A stretch of 64,000 nt of DNA. Source: Camelus ferus. Taxonomy: Eukaryota. The stretch covers positions 76,570,001 through 76,634,000 of the forward strand of contig NC_045697.1 of the NCBI RefSeq assembly GCF_009834535.1. Reading direction: 5' to 3'. This document shows, piece after piece, positions 36,381 through 47,859 of the stretch (its first letter is position 1; each line of letters starts with the position of its first letter). The notes under the pieces are model-generated. The model saw only the letters and a list, made by a program, of their open reading frames with translations. It did no database searches and was not told the origin of the DNA. A program made the position numbers and the translations under genes.

Positions 36381-38559
36381 CTTGAAAAAACAAATACAGG
36401 CAGTTTTGTTCCTTTCTTTTCAACCCTTTTACTTTATTTTTTGTTTTCTAATTGCATTGGCTGAGACATTCCATACAATAATAGGAGTAGTGATAGTAAA
36501 TATTCCTTTCTTGTTTTTGATTTTAAAGGAAACATTTCTAACTTTTTGCTGTTAAGAAAGATGTTTGTAGATGGTGGTGATGGTTTCACAGGTGTATACT
36601 TATCCCCAAACTCATCAAGTTGTATATGCTAAATACGTACAGCTTTGTACAGGTTAATTGTACCTCAAAATGTTTTTTTAAAAGATGTTTGCTGTAGGTT
36701 TTTAATGTATTTATCTTTATACCAGGTTAAGGAAACTTGATTCTATTTCAATTTTTATCAGGAGTACTTACTGAATTTTCTCAAATGCTATATTTCAATT
36801 TCCCTATTCTTGTATTATGTATTACCTCCCTCCCCCTTTTTTGTATCAAGAACATAACATAATTAGGCTTTTTCCCCTTTCTTGTATTTTTGGGAAAGGT
36901 GGTGAGTCAGGGAGGAAAGTACTTTTTTAAAATCAATGAATCCTTCAGCCCTGAAAGTAGAAAAGACACCTTTACTGTTGTGGCATTCACAGAGCAGCAC
37001 TAAAATTATTAGATGAATTAAAAGAAAAAATTGAGAGCTAATTATGGCAATAAATTGTGGACAGTAGATTATGGGCAGTAAGTTTAAAGCAGCAAATGGT
37101 GCAAAATATGTAGCTGAAATTAGCTAAAGATAAATTCTCTTGCCAGTTTTACTCAGTTTTTCCATTATCACTTGCTTTTGCTTATATTTGTTTTTATTTT
37201 ATGATTTTCCAGAACAGTCTAGGAAAATCATAGTTATTCAACACCATATGGCTGTTTGATACTTTGCCCACCTACCAGTCATTTCAGCCACAGGTGGAGT
37301 CAACAACTATTTCTTCCACAGTCTGACAACCTCAGCATTCCTTGCTGCTCAACCTGTGACTTGATATTTAGGCTCAGTATAACTGTGGCTCACCTGCTTT
37401 TCTGGTTCTCATAGTCCAACCTCCCCTTCAGTTTGCAAGTACAAACTCATAATTTAGCCAGAAAAGTTAGCTTTGCACTCTGCTGACACACACTTCCCAA
37501 GTGGGACTTTCTTACTCTTGGATCTTGTCATTGCCTTGAAAGATGGATTTGGGTCGACATTGAAATCACATTCCAATTCCGGTTAAGAAGTGAATCCTAG
37601 TACATTTTAGGATGGCGATATGAGAGGGGATTGGGGGAGCAATGGAGATGAAAAGGAGGAGTGGAAACAAGTGCCAGAAGAGTGAGGTGTCGCCAATGAA
37701 GACAGCTTGGAATAGCGTCACTCCTTGGAGCTGCTCCTGTGATAGGAATGCCGACCAAGCAAAAAGGCGTGAGGCACTGCTGGCTGCCTGCACACCCGAG
37801 CTATGGCAGGTGTTGACTGAATTAGATCAAATAATACTCTAGAGCAGCATTTTCCAAACTGTGGTCTGTGGAGACTGTATCCTTTATCCCTTTGATGGGC
37901 ATTCCAGTACATATTCTATACTTAATGATTTTATTTGTGGACTACCCATTACGATTTCATAGCACATTTGTTCTCAAGGGAATACAACTTGGTCCAAAAG
38001 AGGTAAGGAATCGCTCCCCTAGGTCATTGTTGCTATCACTATTTGATGTTGAAACTGATTTGATGTAAATGTTGTAAGAGAACAGAAAAGAACATGCCTG
38101 TAGAATTATGTTATCATTTCTGAGTCAATGGAGCAGTCATGCAAATTTTCATAAGGATTATATGCTCACTGTTGCATATTTTCACACCAGTTACTTATAT
38201 TACCCTTGGATGGCTTGTTCTGTATCCCTCTGAGTAATTGCTTTCATTCACTTATTTATTCAGCAAATATTTATTGGGTGCCAACTCTTTGCTAGGCATT
38301 GTGCTGGACATTAAGAACATAAGAGCAAACAACACAGCCATACCTCTCCATGGAGCAGAACCATGAAAAAGCACTGCGATAAATGAAATCAAGATGCAAA
38401 GGGAACTCAGAAGCAGTGATGTCTAAATAGAGACACAGAAGATAGGTAGGAGTTAGAGAGGTAAAATGGGTTTTTAGGTAAAGAAGGGATGAGAAAGTGA
38501 TAAAGAGAGGATCTGGAAGTGACAGAGAAGAATCTGGTTGAAGAACTGAAAAGCAAGGG

Positions 38560-38725
38560 CAGGTTGTCTAGCACAGGGAACTATATTCAATTTCTTGTAA
38601 TGAGCTGTAATGGAAAAGGAACTGAAAAAATATATATGTATGTATGTATATGTATAACTGAATTGCTTTGCTGTACACCTGAAACTAATATTGTAAATCA
38701 ACTGCATTTCAATAAAAAAAAAAAG
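38560..38725 (+). mobile_element. L1 extreme 3' end with poly(A)
   Basis: agcacagggaactatattcaa...gctgtacacctgaaactaa...caataaaaaaaa. Confidence 0.8.
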
Positions 38726-38973
38726 AATAAAAAAGTTGACGAAAAAGAAGAGAAGAATAAAATTCTTTATGGGCGGTGTTTAAATCAGAGAAAACAGACC
38801 ANNNNNNNNNNNNNNNNNNNNNNNNNNNNNNNNNNNNNNNNNNNNNNNNNNNNNNNNNNNNNNNNNNNNNNNNNNNNNNNNNNNNNNNNNNNNNNNNNNN
38901 NNNNNNNNNNNNNNNNNNNNNNNNNNNNNNNNNNNNNNNNNNNNNNNNNNNNNNNNNNNNNNNNNNNNNNNNN

Positions 38974-41900
38974 TAAAAGCAAATAAAAACAAATTAGAAA
39001 CTGAGCAGAATGCAATTCTCTCCAAGCTGCAAATCAAAAACCACATGGGTCCTTTGATTCAGCAATGTCAGCTTGAGAAGTTACAATGAAATTGAAATAA
39101 GAAGTCAAACAGGGAGAATTCAATCTTTCAATTATTTACACTACTGAGAAAAACAGGTTTGTGCCATATTTACAGTGATAAGACACAACACATTCTTAGA
39201 ATAATCAATTACACGAGACTGGCCCACAAAACGTTAAGAAAAATATGCAGTGTAATGCTTGCCAAAATATTTTTTTTGCATTTTTCTCTTATTTTGTATT
39301 TNNNNNNNNNNNNNNNNNNNNNNNNNNNNNNNNNNNNNNNNNNNNNNNNNNNNNNNNNNNNNNNNNNNNNNNNNNNNNNNNNNNNNNNNNNNNNNNNNNN
39401 NNNNNNNNNNNNNNNNNNNNNNNNNNNNNNNNNTGCATGAAACATTTACAACAGTAAAAAGAATATTCACATAAATGTCAATAGTATGTAAGACATTCTT
39501 TTGTGAATCCAATTTATTAATATTTCTGAGATTATCCACAGCATTTTGAGAAATGTTGGTACTTTGTTATCAATAAATCAAACATAACAGATCAGGTTGA
39601 AAAAGTCTTCATATTCCCACAAGGACAGTTCTGTCTATAAGCAGCAAAGGGAATCTTATGCATTTAAATACATTTAAAAAATCAGAAATGCCATTAAAAT
39701 GCTTCTGTGTTGGATTACCAAAAACAAAATCCACTAAGAATATAGGGTATCTCTGCCCTGGTATATAGTAAATTCAACCAATACAAAGATATTTCAATAA
39801 AAATGGGGAAAAGTAGGGACTGAAAGTCCTTACATTCTAAAATATAATTTAGCAGGATCATAATTGGTCAAGTATGTTAATTCCCCTAGGAATGAATTGT
39901 TTTAACAGCCAGAATCACATGTGATTGTTCTTAATTACTGTTTTTGAGAATATAAGATTAGTTTGCTTTGGATTCAACTTTCTAGAGATAGCAAGGTTTT
40001 TTTTGTTTGTTTGTTTTGGTAGAAATTAGAAAAGTTCATTTTGCATAATATTATTTATTAATCTAATGTGATTATCAAAAAATGGAGAAAAACAAGGTTT
40101 CAAATATCAATATCTGCATGTTTCTATGATAACTTACTGGAAGATATCAAAACACCACCCACCTTTCAAGTATAACTTATTTCTGGGTAAGATTATATAT
40201 AGTGGCCAAAAAAATTAAAAAAAAGTATGAAAAGTGGTGTTAACTTTTTATGCTACAATATGAACATTAAAAATAAAGCCTTGGAAAATTAAGCATATTT
40301 TCTAAGTGATAAAAATATAAGATATCAGTTAATTTTTCCGTAGGTACTGACATGCTTATTTGACCATTTCCAAACTAGCAGATATATATGCATAGTAGAC
40401 AAAGGGCATACAGAATGAACTACTGGATGCACAAGAGTCCTTACTGTCCCAACAGAACATCATGTACAGGATTCAAGAACAGATTTTTTTTTTGGTGGAA
40501 ATTCAATACATTCTCATGTTTTCTATGAAATCAAATGAGAAATAAAAGTCCCTCAAGACTGCTTTTCATAATGAAAATGAAAACCAGAAGAAAAGCTTAG
40601 GCAAATTTATGTGTCAGGTATTCTACGAATGTGTGCAGACCTATCTGACGTTGATTTTGTCACGCTTAATCAAACCATACAAGCTAAAAGGTGAGAATGA
40701 ATGTTGGAAAAGACATACGGCATATGAAATGAACTAGAAAGAAGAGGATCCACAATCCAAGTAAACACACAGCATCTACAGGTACACCGTTTTGTTTTCC
40801 TTTACATTAAGAAAGACTGGTCATTGAACCATAATTATAAATCCATGAACTTTTAAAATAAAATCACACGCTAACAGCTTAGGAATGCTATTAAACAGAG
40901 AAATGAAATTATCCATAGTAGAGTTGCATTGCCCATAAAGAAAAAGAAAAGAAATACATTAGCAAAAACATAAATGGAAAAGAATTTTAAAGCTAAAACA
41001 CATATCAATTTGGCATCCTTAAAAGATGCTTATCAGACATAGGACCTGATCTTGACTTATTTCCCATGTGTTTTTCATGATTTTTTTCTTAATCTTTTAT
41101 CCAATAATATAAATTAAAGAAAGAAATCTTTAAAAAATGTATCTGCCAACACATGTATCAGCAGACACTTTCATTAGTTCACTAGGGAATTAATCTGAGG
41201 ATTCTCTATATTGATAACAAAATGGATGATTTAAAATATTTCAGTAACACAAGCTGAAGATTATGCATGACGGTTAAGACCTAGTAATTCCATGGAACAA
41301 AGAGGAGTATCACAGTCCTTTTGTATTCCGCAAGGAAATAAACGTAATGGAAGATTACAGCTTCCTTTAATCATGGAATAAAAGTCAATACTGTCAAATC
41401 AGTTATTGAGCAAAATCTCAATATACACATAGGACAGAACAGTATTTTTAAAGGGCTGTGTTTAAAAAATATACATATATTTTTTCACATGAAATGTTTC
41501 TCTTTTGATGATGAGGTATTCTCTTATGAAGCTGTGCACGTTTTAAATAGTGATCCATCTCAATACCTCTTTCTACTAGAGGAGTAAAAGGGAAGATAGA
41601 TAGGAAGAAATATAGCCACCGGATTTTTCTCAAGACACTACTGTTTGTTTTCTTGAAGAGACTGTAGTTTTACATGCTTTAGTTCATTTTTCCAAACCAT
41701 TTAAGACAAATTGTTTCAGACATTGAATAATACCTTATCCTGACCAGGTCATACAAGAGATGGGTAGAAAATGCCCTCTGTTGTTTTAAAAATGCTAAAC
41801 TGGTTTTGGAGTGTGGAATGTTACTAGAAATGTTACCAATTATATTGACAGATCAGTTCAAATATCTTTCCATTGTTGAAAACTTAATGGAAACAAAAAG

Positions 41901-43983
41901 AAGGCATTTTGTAAAACTGAGCATTTGGTTATATGATGTGAAAGAGACCATAAGGATCTTAGGATCCTTGTCTTATAATCATATCTTAACTGTTGTCACC
42001 ACAAGCCAGTGATGAGGTAATTTCCCCTCTGGTGGTGAAAACCTATACATGAAACCAGAAAATTTCCCACAAAATTGCATGAAATCAGAAATTATATTGT
42101 CCAATGGGCTGAAAGAGTGACTATTCCTCATCAGTGATGTTTCTCCTAATGTACTCCTTCCACTTAGAAGGAGTCATTTCAAAACATGCTATCAACTCTT
42201 TCCTGTGCAAAGAAATGCTCAGTCTAATACAATCAGGTAACTTTTGAGCAAGTAGTTGAAAAATATCTCTTTATGGTGACTATATTTCACAGCTTTCTGA
42301 GATCTCAGATTTGGTCTGTGCATAAGACAAAATTTAGAAATGTAAAAAAGATAAAGAAATCTAAATATAGACAAAACTTAGATCTAAATAGAACTACAAG
42401 AAATAGAAATGAATTAATACTATCAAATGTGACCAAATCTTGGCTTTATGTTAACTGATAATCACTATGCATGTTATAGTCATCATATGAAGAAAATCAA
42501 AAAGTACTGAAAAAATTGCTTAACTGGGATGCTTTACAATGACTGAACTGAAAGTGGAGCTTCTTTTATATTCTCTTTAGTTACTTAGAACAAGAAAGAA
42601 GTTAGCAGAAGTTAGCAAAAGTTAGCAAAAAATATTGACTGCTGGTACCAAGTTATTAGGATTTGAAGACTTTTCTTAAAAAATTGTTCAAAATAAATGT
42701 GATAAAAGCAGAAAAAAAAATTTTTCCTGAATATTCCTGGGACTAAAAAAGAAAAAAAAGTAATAAAAAGAATGGGAAATATCTTTTGTTTCTAGAACTT
42801 TGTAGAAAATGTTTTACATGGGTTGGCTCTTGGAAGGAAGAGAAGCTCCCACATCAGCTTCGGTGGAGATTGTAGGGTGAGCTCTCCCATGTCTTCGGGA
42901 GAGGCCATTTCAGCCAGTCCCTTCCTGGGACGTGTTATTTCTTCAGCAACCTGAGTTTCGGTGGGATGTGTACACGCTTTGTCCTCAGGAACAGGGGCTG
43001 CCATTCCAAGAATCTCCTACCCCAAAGAAATGCTGTGTGCCTCTGTCATTTTCGAAAAGCACCCATATTAACACTTGTTGGAATTCTGTTTATTAAAAAA
43101 AGAAAATTCTGCTGTTTCGGGTGCCCGCCTTTGTAAACCTCTTTCCCACTTGGTCACATGAGAGACAGCACAGGAGGCTGAACTGGTCCTCTTTCCTTGT
43201 CTTCGTTGCCAAAGGCAGCCCAAGGAAACCTGGCGGCAGCAACCGGCTCAACCCCTCAACATTTCAAGCAAGGAGGCCACGTGAGCCCACAGAAGTTGTA
43301 GATCTGCAGTTGGCTCTGCAACTCCCTCAAAATACAAGACCATTTGTGTGTGTGCTCTCCGCCACTTTATCTCTTTTTGGCAATAAGCCATGGTGTAACC
43401 CCCTTGAGATGACAAAAGAAATAAAAGCTCAGATGTGATCAGAGGACTCATTACGCAGCATGCTAGCATCTGAAGTTGCACAAGCAGGCTTGGCACACGG
43501 TCATGCATTTTTAGTCAGTTTCAATGGGTGCCGTGGGTGTGAATAGCAAAGGTGAGTAGGGATGTGACGGTAAACTCTATAATCAGTCAGGATAGTACAT
43601 TTCCATAGCTTCGAGTCCATATTTGGTCACAATTTCATGTAAACTATCTCATGGCACTTTTTGTCCATGCAATTAACAAGCCCGAAAGTAAGAAAATAGC
43701 AAGAACAATCAAGCTCTATCACTATGTCCATATAAATACATATCTTCACACAAGATAAAGAGATACTGATCAATATTTTTTGCAGGCTTCTCACTGCTTT
43801 CACGGATTGCCCATTTTCAGATGTAAGTGAAGGAAAGATGGACATGTGTACTACTGCAAACAGGAAGAAGCAGCTATCTGTAAACATATCTCAGACTTGT
43901 AAAATCTGCAATTCAGTTTCCAACTATAAATATAAAAAGTGGACCATTATACACACAACTTCATGCTCGGAAGGTTAGATTCA
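38974..43983 (-). other. COL25A1: COL25A1 long 3'UTR (distal end uncertain, possibly inside gap 38802-38973)
   Basis: AT-rich, repeat-poor block downstream of the stop; AATAAA hexamers on the minus strand (e.g. 39513-39518); twin Pumilio elements near the distal end. Confidence 0.6.
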
Positions 43984-43986
43984 TCA
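43984..43986 (-). CDS. COL25A1: COL25A1 stop codon TGA, forming the first three bases of the last exon
   Basis: ttgtttctctgcag|TGA TGA ATC TAA; strong acceptor followed by AT-rich UTR. Confidence 0.9.
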   Translation of the reverse strand, partial: 

Positions 43987-45569
43987 CTGCAGAGAAACAA
44001 ACAACAAAAAAGACAGATATATAGAATTAGTAGTCTAGGATAAAAATTCCAAAGTAACATTTATTTTAAGAAAACTGGTAGAACCCTGAATAGAGTCTTT
44101 TTTTTTTTAAATCAGTGAGCCAATTGATATGTCCAATACATTACTTTTCTAAAACTCATCACATTTTTCATCCTAGGTTTAGCCCACAATTTACTTTTGC
44201 CACCGAGAAGTTTGTGGAAAGTGTTTGTCTCAGTAACTATTCTGGGAAAGCAGAAAATTAGGATTTTATCACCTATGTGTTGTAATTAAAATACATGTCC
44301 TATTCATGGCTTATGTCACCTTCTCCAAGCATTAAAACACAACTACAGAAAAGGCTGAGGAGTCTGACCTTAGTGGCATTGTTCACTTCATCGACGCCTG
44401 AAGTCTCTACTCTGCTTTAGCTCTGGTTTCCCCCTTTTGGCTGGCCATGCCCTGCTGTGAATAGCGTACAGGGTAGACCTGTCTGCCGGCTGTCAGGTCT
44501 GCAAGCTGCCTTGTAGGTTCCATGGTGATCTAAGAAACTAGAAATGTCTGGTTCCTTGTTTTGAGCTGCAATCATGATTAAGGTTTTCCTAGAACTGAAG
44601 TTAAGTCTGAAAGAACTGAGGAACGGTGATCTTTGAGGTGTAACTTACAGAGCAGAACTTGGTGACAACTTTGACTTCTGTGCAAAGAAAAACCAGTTAG
44701 AAAAGTAGAGTGTCCAGAGGAGGAGAATGATACAGATCTCCTCATCTCCCCTGCACAACGCGGACTCACCTCCACAGTCATCTCTCAGTTCAATCATTAA
44801 AAATATTTGCTCTTCTCTCTCCAATAAAAATAGACACTATATTAAATGTACTTAAGAGGCTGGGTGCTGTGTGATCTTTAGAGACAGAGTTCTCTCAACC
44901 TTCATGCATGTCATGTCAAGGCCAGGGACTGTGTCTGTAGGAAGTAGTCCTTTCTCCAAACTCCCACTTATCTCAGATTTCAAACAGATGCATTTTTTTT
45001 TTTTTGAGAAACCAGTGTTTTGCAAGTAATCTACAGAATTTTAAGCTTCTCCAACCCCCCTAACCCCAGATTTTAAAACTTAATTAAAAAAATCTGTCCC
45101 CTTGCTTGTGGAAGGTACTGCTGCAAACCTGTCAGCCCTTTCTGGAAAAACAAAGTTTAGTGAAACATTAAAAAATAAGAAGTTTCACAGTATTTTTCCT
45201 ATTAAATAATTTTTAATCTCTGGATGAGAATGGGTGGTAACTAATAGCCTGTATTTTCCCAACCATAAATTCTGCTCTTTCTTCACTGTATGAATTACAG
45301 TATGAATTGGTACATTATCATTCTTCAAAAATTTAGAAGACTGAACTGTATCTAGGAGGAAAAGTAATTTAAACAAAGATCAAATGGTTTTACATGGAAA
45401 AGATTATTATTGAGAGGAGCATGAGCAACAGGACTTGTTCGCTAATCACAGTGATTTTCCCTGCGGACACAATCTGAATTTCAGGTCATTTACTCCCGTG
45501 CTCTCAAGACTACTAAAAATACTGTTTGAAAGAGGAGTCCCCTAAAACAGGACTAAGTCATCTACAGGC

Positions 45570-45785
45570 CTTCTTTTTTCTAAATTTGTCTGTTTNNNNN
45601 NNNNNNNNNNNNNNNNNNNNNNNNNNNNNNNNNNNNNNNNNNNNNNNNNNNNNNNNNNNNNNNNNNNNNNNNNNNNNNNNNNNNNNNNNNNNNNNNNNNN
45701 NNNNNNNNNNNNNNNNNNNNNNNNNTTGAACCCAGGACCATGTGCATGGTAAGCACACACTCTACCACTGAGCTATACCCCTCCC
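45570..45785 (-). mobile_element. Vic-1-like SINE (partly in N-gap)
   Basis: Head at 45726-45785; TSD tctacaggccttct. Confidence 0.88.
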
Positions 45786-47820
45786 TACTCTACAGGCCTT
45801 CTATTTGAAATATCATTTAAAAATTAATTTGATTTGACTAACAGTGTGTTTGAGATACCTAAGCTGACCACATAAGAGATTTGAGAACACTTCATTTTTC
45901 TAATCGTTTCTTTCTTCTTTTTCTTCTTCTTCTTCTTTTTTTTTTTTTTTTTTTTTTTTTGGCAGGTGGAGGTGTTGGGAGAGGATGAGCAGTAGGATTT
46001 GCATTAGAGTGTATTGGGGAGTGTGGTAGGCAATAGTGAAGTTTAATCACTGAGTTATTATTCTTTATATAAGAAGATGCTAGATTTTAAGAGATCTTCA
46101 CTCTTATGTAGAATTCTTAAAGGGTAAATTTCTGATTTTCTGATGCTATTCATGTTATTACTAGGTTTGGCTAATTTGTGAACCCAAAAGACGATGAATC
46201 CTTTGCTTGTTGCCATTATGTTTTATGCCTTCACCAAAAGGAAGTGACCTAGAAGCAGCCAAAAACGATGTGAACCCAAGTTCTGAGTAGTGTCAGAGGC
46301 TGGATAAAGTAAGCCTTTGACATATCCCTCTGTGTAAAGTGTGCCAATGACTGGATTAAAAAATCATTATAGTATTCAATTACAGGGCAAAGGTTAAAGA
46401 GCAGACGGTAATTCCAGCTCAGGGTGGTATTAACAATTCTGAGAACGGGGGTTATGATGGTGAAAGGATAGTTTTCTCAGGTGAAGAGGAATGTGGTGAT
46501 AGGCTCATTGTCCTGAGGACCGCCTGACCTCAGCCAGGATGGAGCTAATGATCCGACAGGCTGAAAGGGGAGTGTGGGAAGCTGTTAAATAAATGACGCT
46601 ACTGGGAGAGAAGGATTTGCTTTCTCTGGCCAAGTAGGGTGAGAGCAGTTAAGCAAGAGAGGGAGCTTCACAGAATCTCCACACCCACGGAGCTGATGAG
46701 AGGAGAGGCAAACAAAGAAGCCCAGCCTCTCCTCACCCTTCTGCAGTCCTACATAGCTGCGCTGCAGCTTTGCCAATGAAGCGTGCCTGTCAAAAATGAC
46801 TAACTAAGCCACAAGATGTTAAAGAAAAAAATTCAAACTGATGAAAGCAGCATGGATACTTCCCCCTAGCTCATTTTCACATCAGTGGAATTCCTTTAAC
46901 TTTCGGTAGCACACGCAGTCTTTTCTAATTAGGTTCGCACTGTTATTGTGTAAAGGTTTGGTATTCTCTGAACAGCGCAGCCCATACAGATCTCTTCCCT
47001 ACTTAAAGTTCTGCCATTGCTTTCCAGTGTCTGCTTCTAGTTCTGTTATGTACCAGTTCTGTGCCCTTGGAAGTTCCTTAACTTCTCTGAATTTCACTTC
47101 CTTCATCAGCATCATCAAGGGTAATAATACCCTACAGGGTTATTATGAGGATCAAATAAAGGGATGTCCCCTACAGGAAAGGGCTTCTCACACAGCCTTT
47201 GTACACAGACCCTTCTCTATGAAGGATAAGTTCTTTTCCCTGCTGAATACATACACAGTGACTGTGGGTGGCCACATGTAGAGGCTAGAGTGAACCGATA
47301 TCATAAAGGACACTGACTTAAATATAGCCTGATTCTCTGAAATAAATCAAGACATCATGGAAGGAAAAAAAAATCATGCCCACATTTTCTGCTTTCTGAG
47401 CTTTGTGACTAATATTGACAGGGTTCTACCATGGATTTGCACATTATTCTAAGTAATTGAGTATATATAGAAAAAGAATCACAATTAAGAATAATTTTGA
47501 ACAGTAGGAGGACAAGGAGTTTGAGAGACAAGCAAACCATTGTCAAGATGCACTGCCCCTTTCCACTCCAAAGAAAGGATTAGATAGGGAACCACGAATT
47601 ACTGTGTTTGCTAAGAGCTGTTTTCACTCATCAGTTTAGGAAGAAATCAGCACTAAACACCATTCAAAGATATTCTGGAGATGGAATCTTTTGCTTTTTA
47701 ATACCCAAACAACTTGAAGGAATGTCAAATTCAAAAAATTCTGTTCTACATGGAAAAGGCTAGGCTGGGTGAAGAGGAAAGGGAGAGTGCTTCTTTTAGA
47801 AATAATTCTGTAAAGCCTAC

Positions 47821-47859
47821 CTTTTGCCAACAGCCAGGCATGGGTAATCCATCCGGCCC
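47821..47859 (-). CDS. COL25A1: COL25A1 exon GPDGLPMPGCWQK (NC4 C-terminus)
   Basis: 39 nt, aaatag/gtaggc; matches the recalled C-terminus of collagen XXV. Confidence 0.97.

Noticed and set aside
38519-39539. ORF-track entries spanning X runs (also at 4542-4971, 33813-34545, 45526-45768, 49483-50425, 62770-63213)
   Set aside because: Artefacts of N-gaps suppressing stop codons
42600-42630. Triple gttagca(g/a)aa in the COL25A1 3'UTR
   Set aside because: A short tandem repeat without supporting evidence of function
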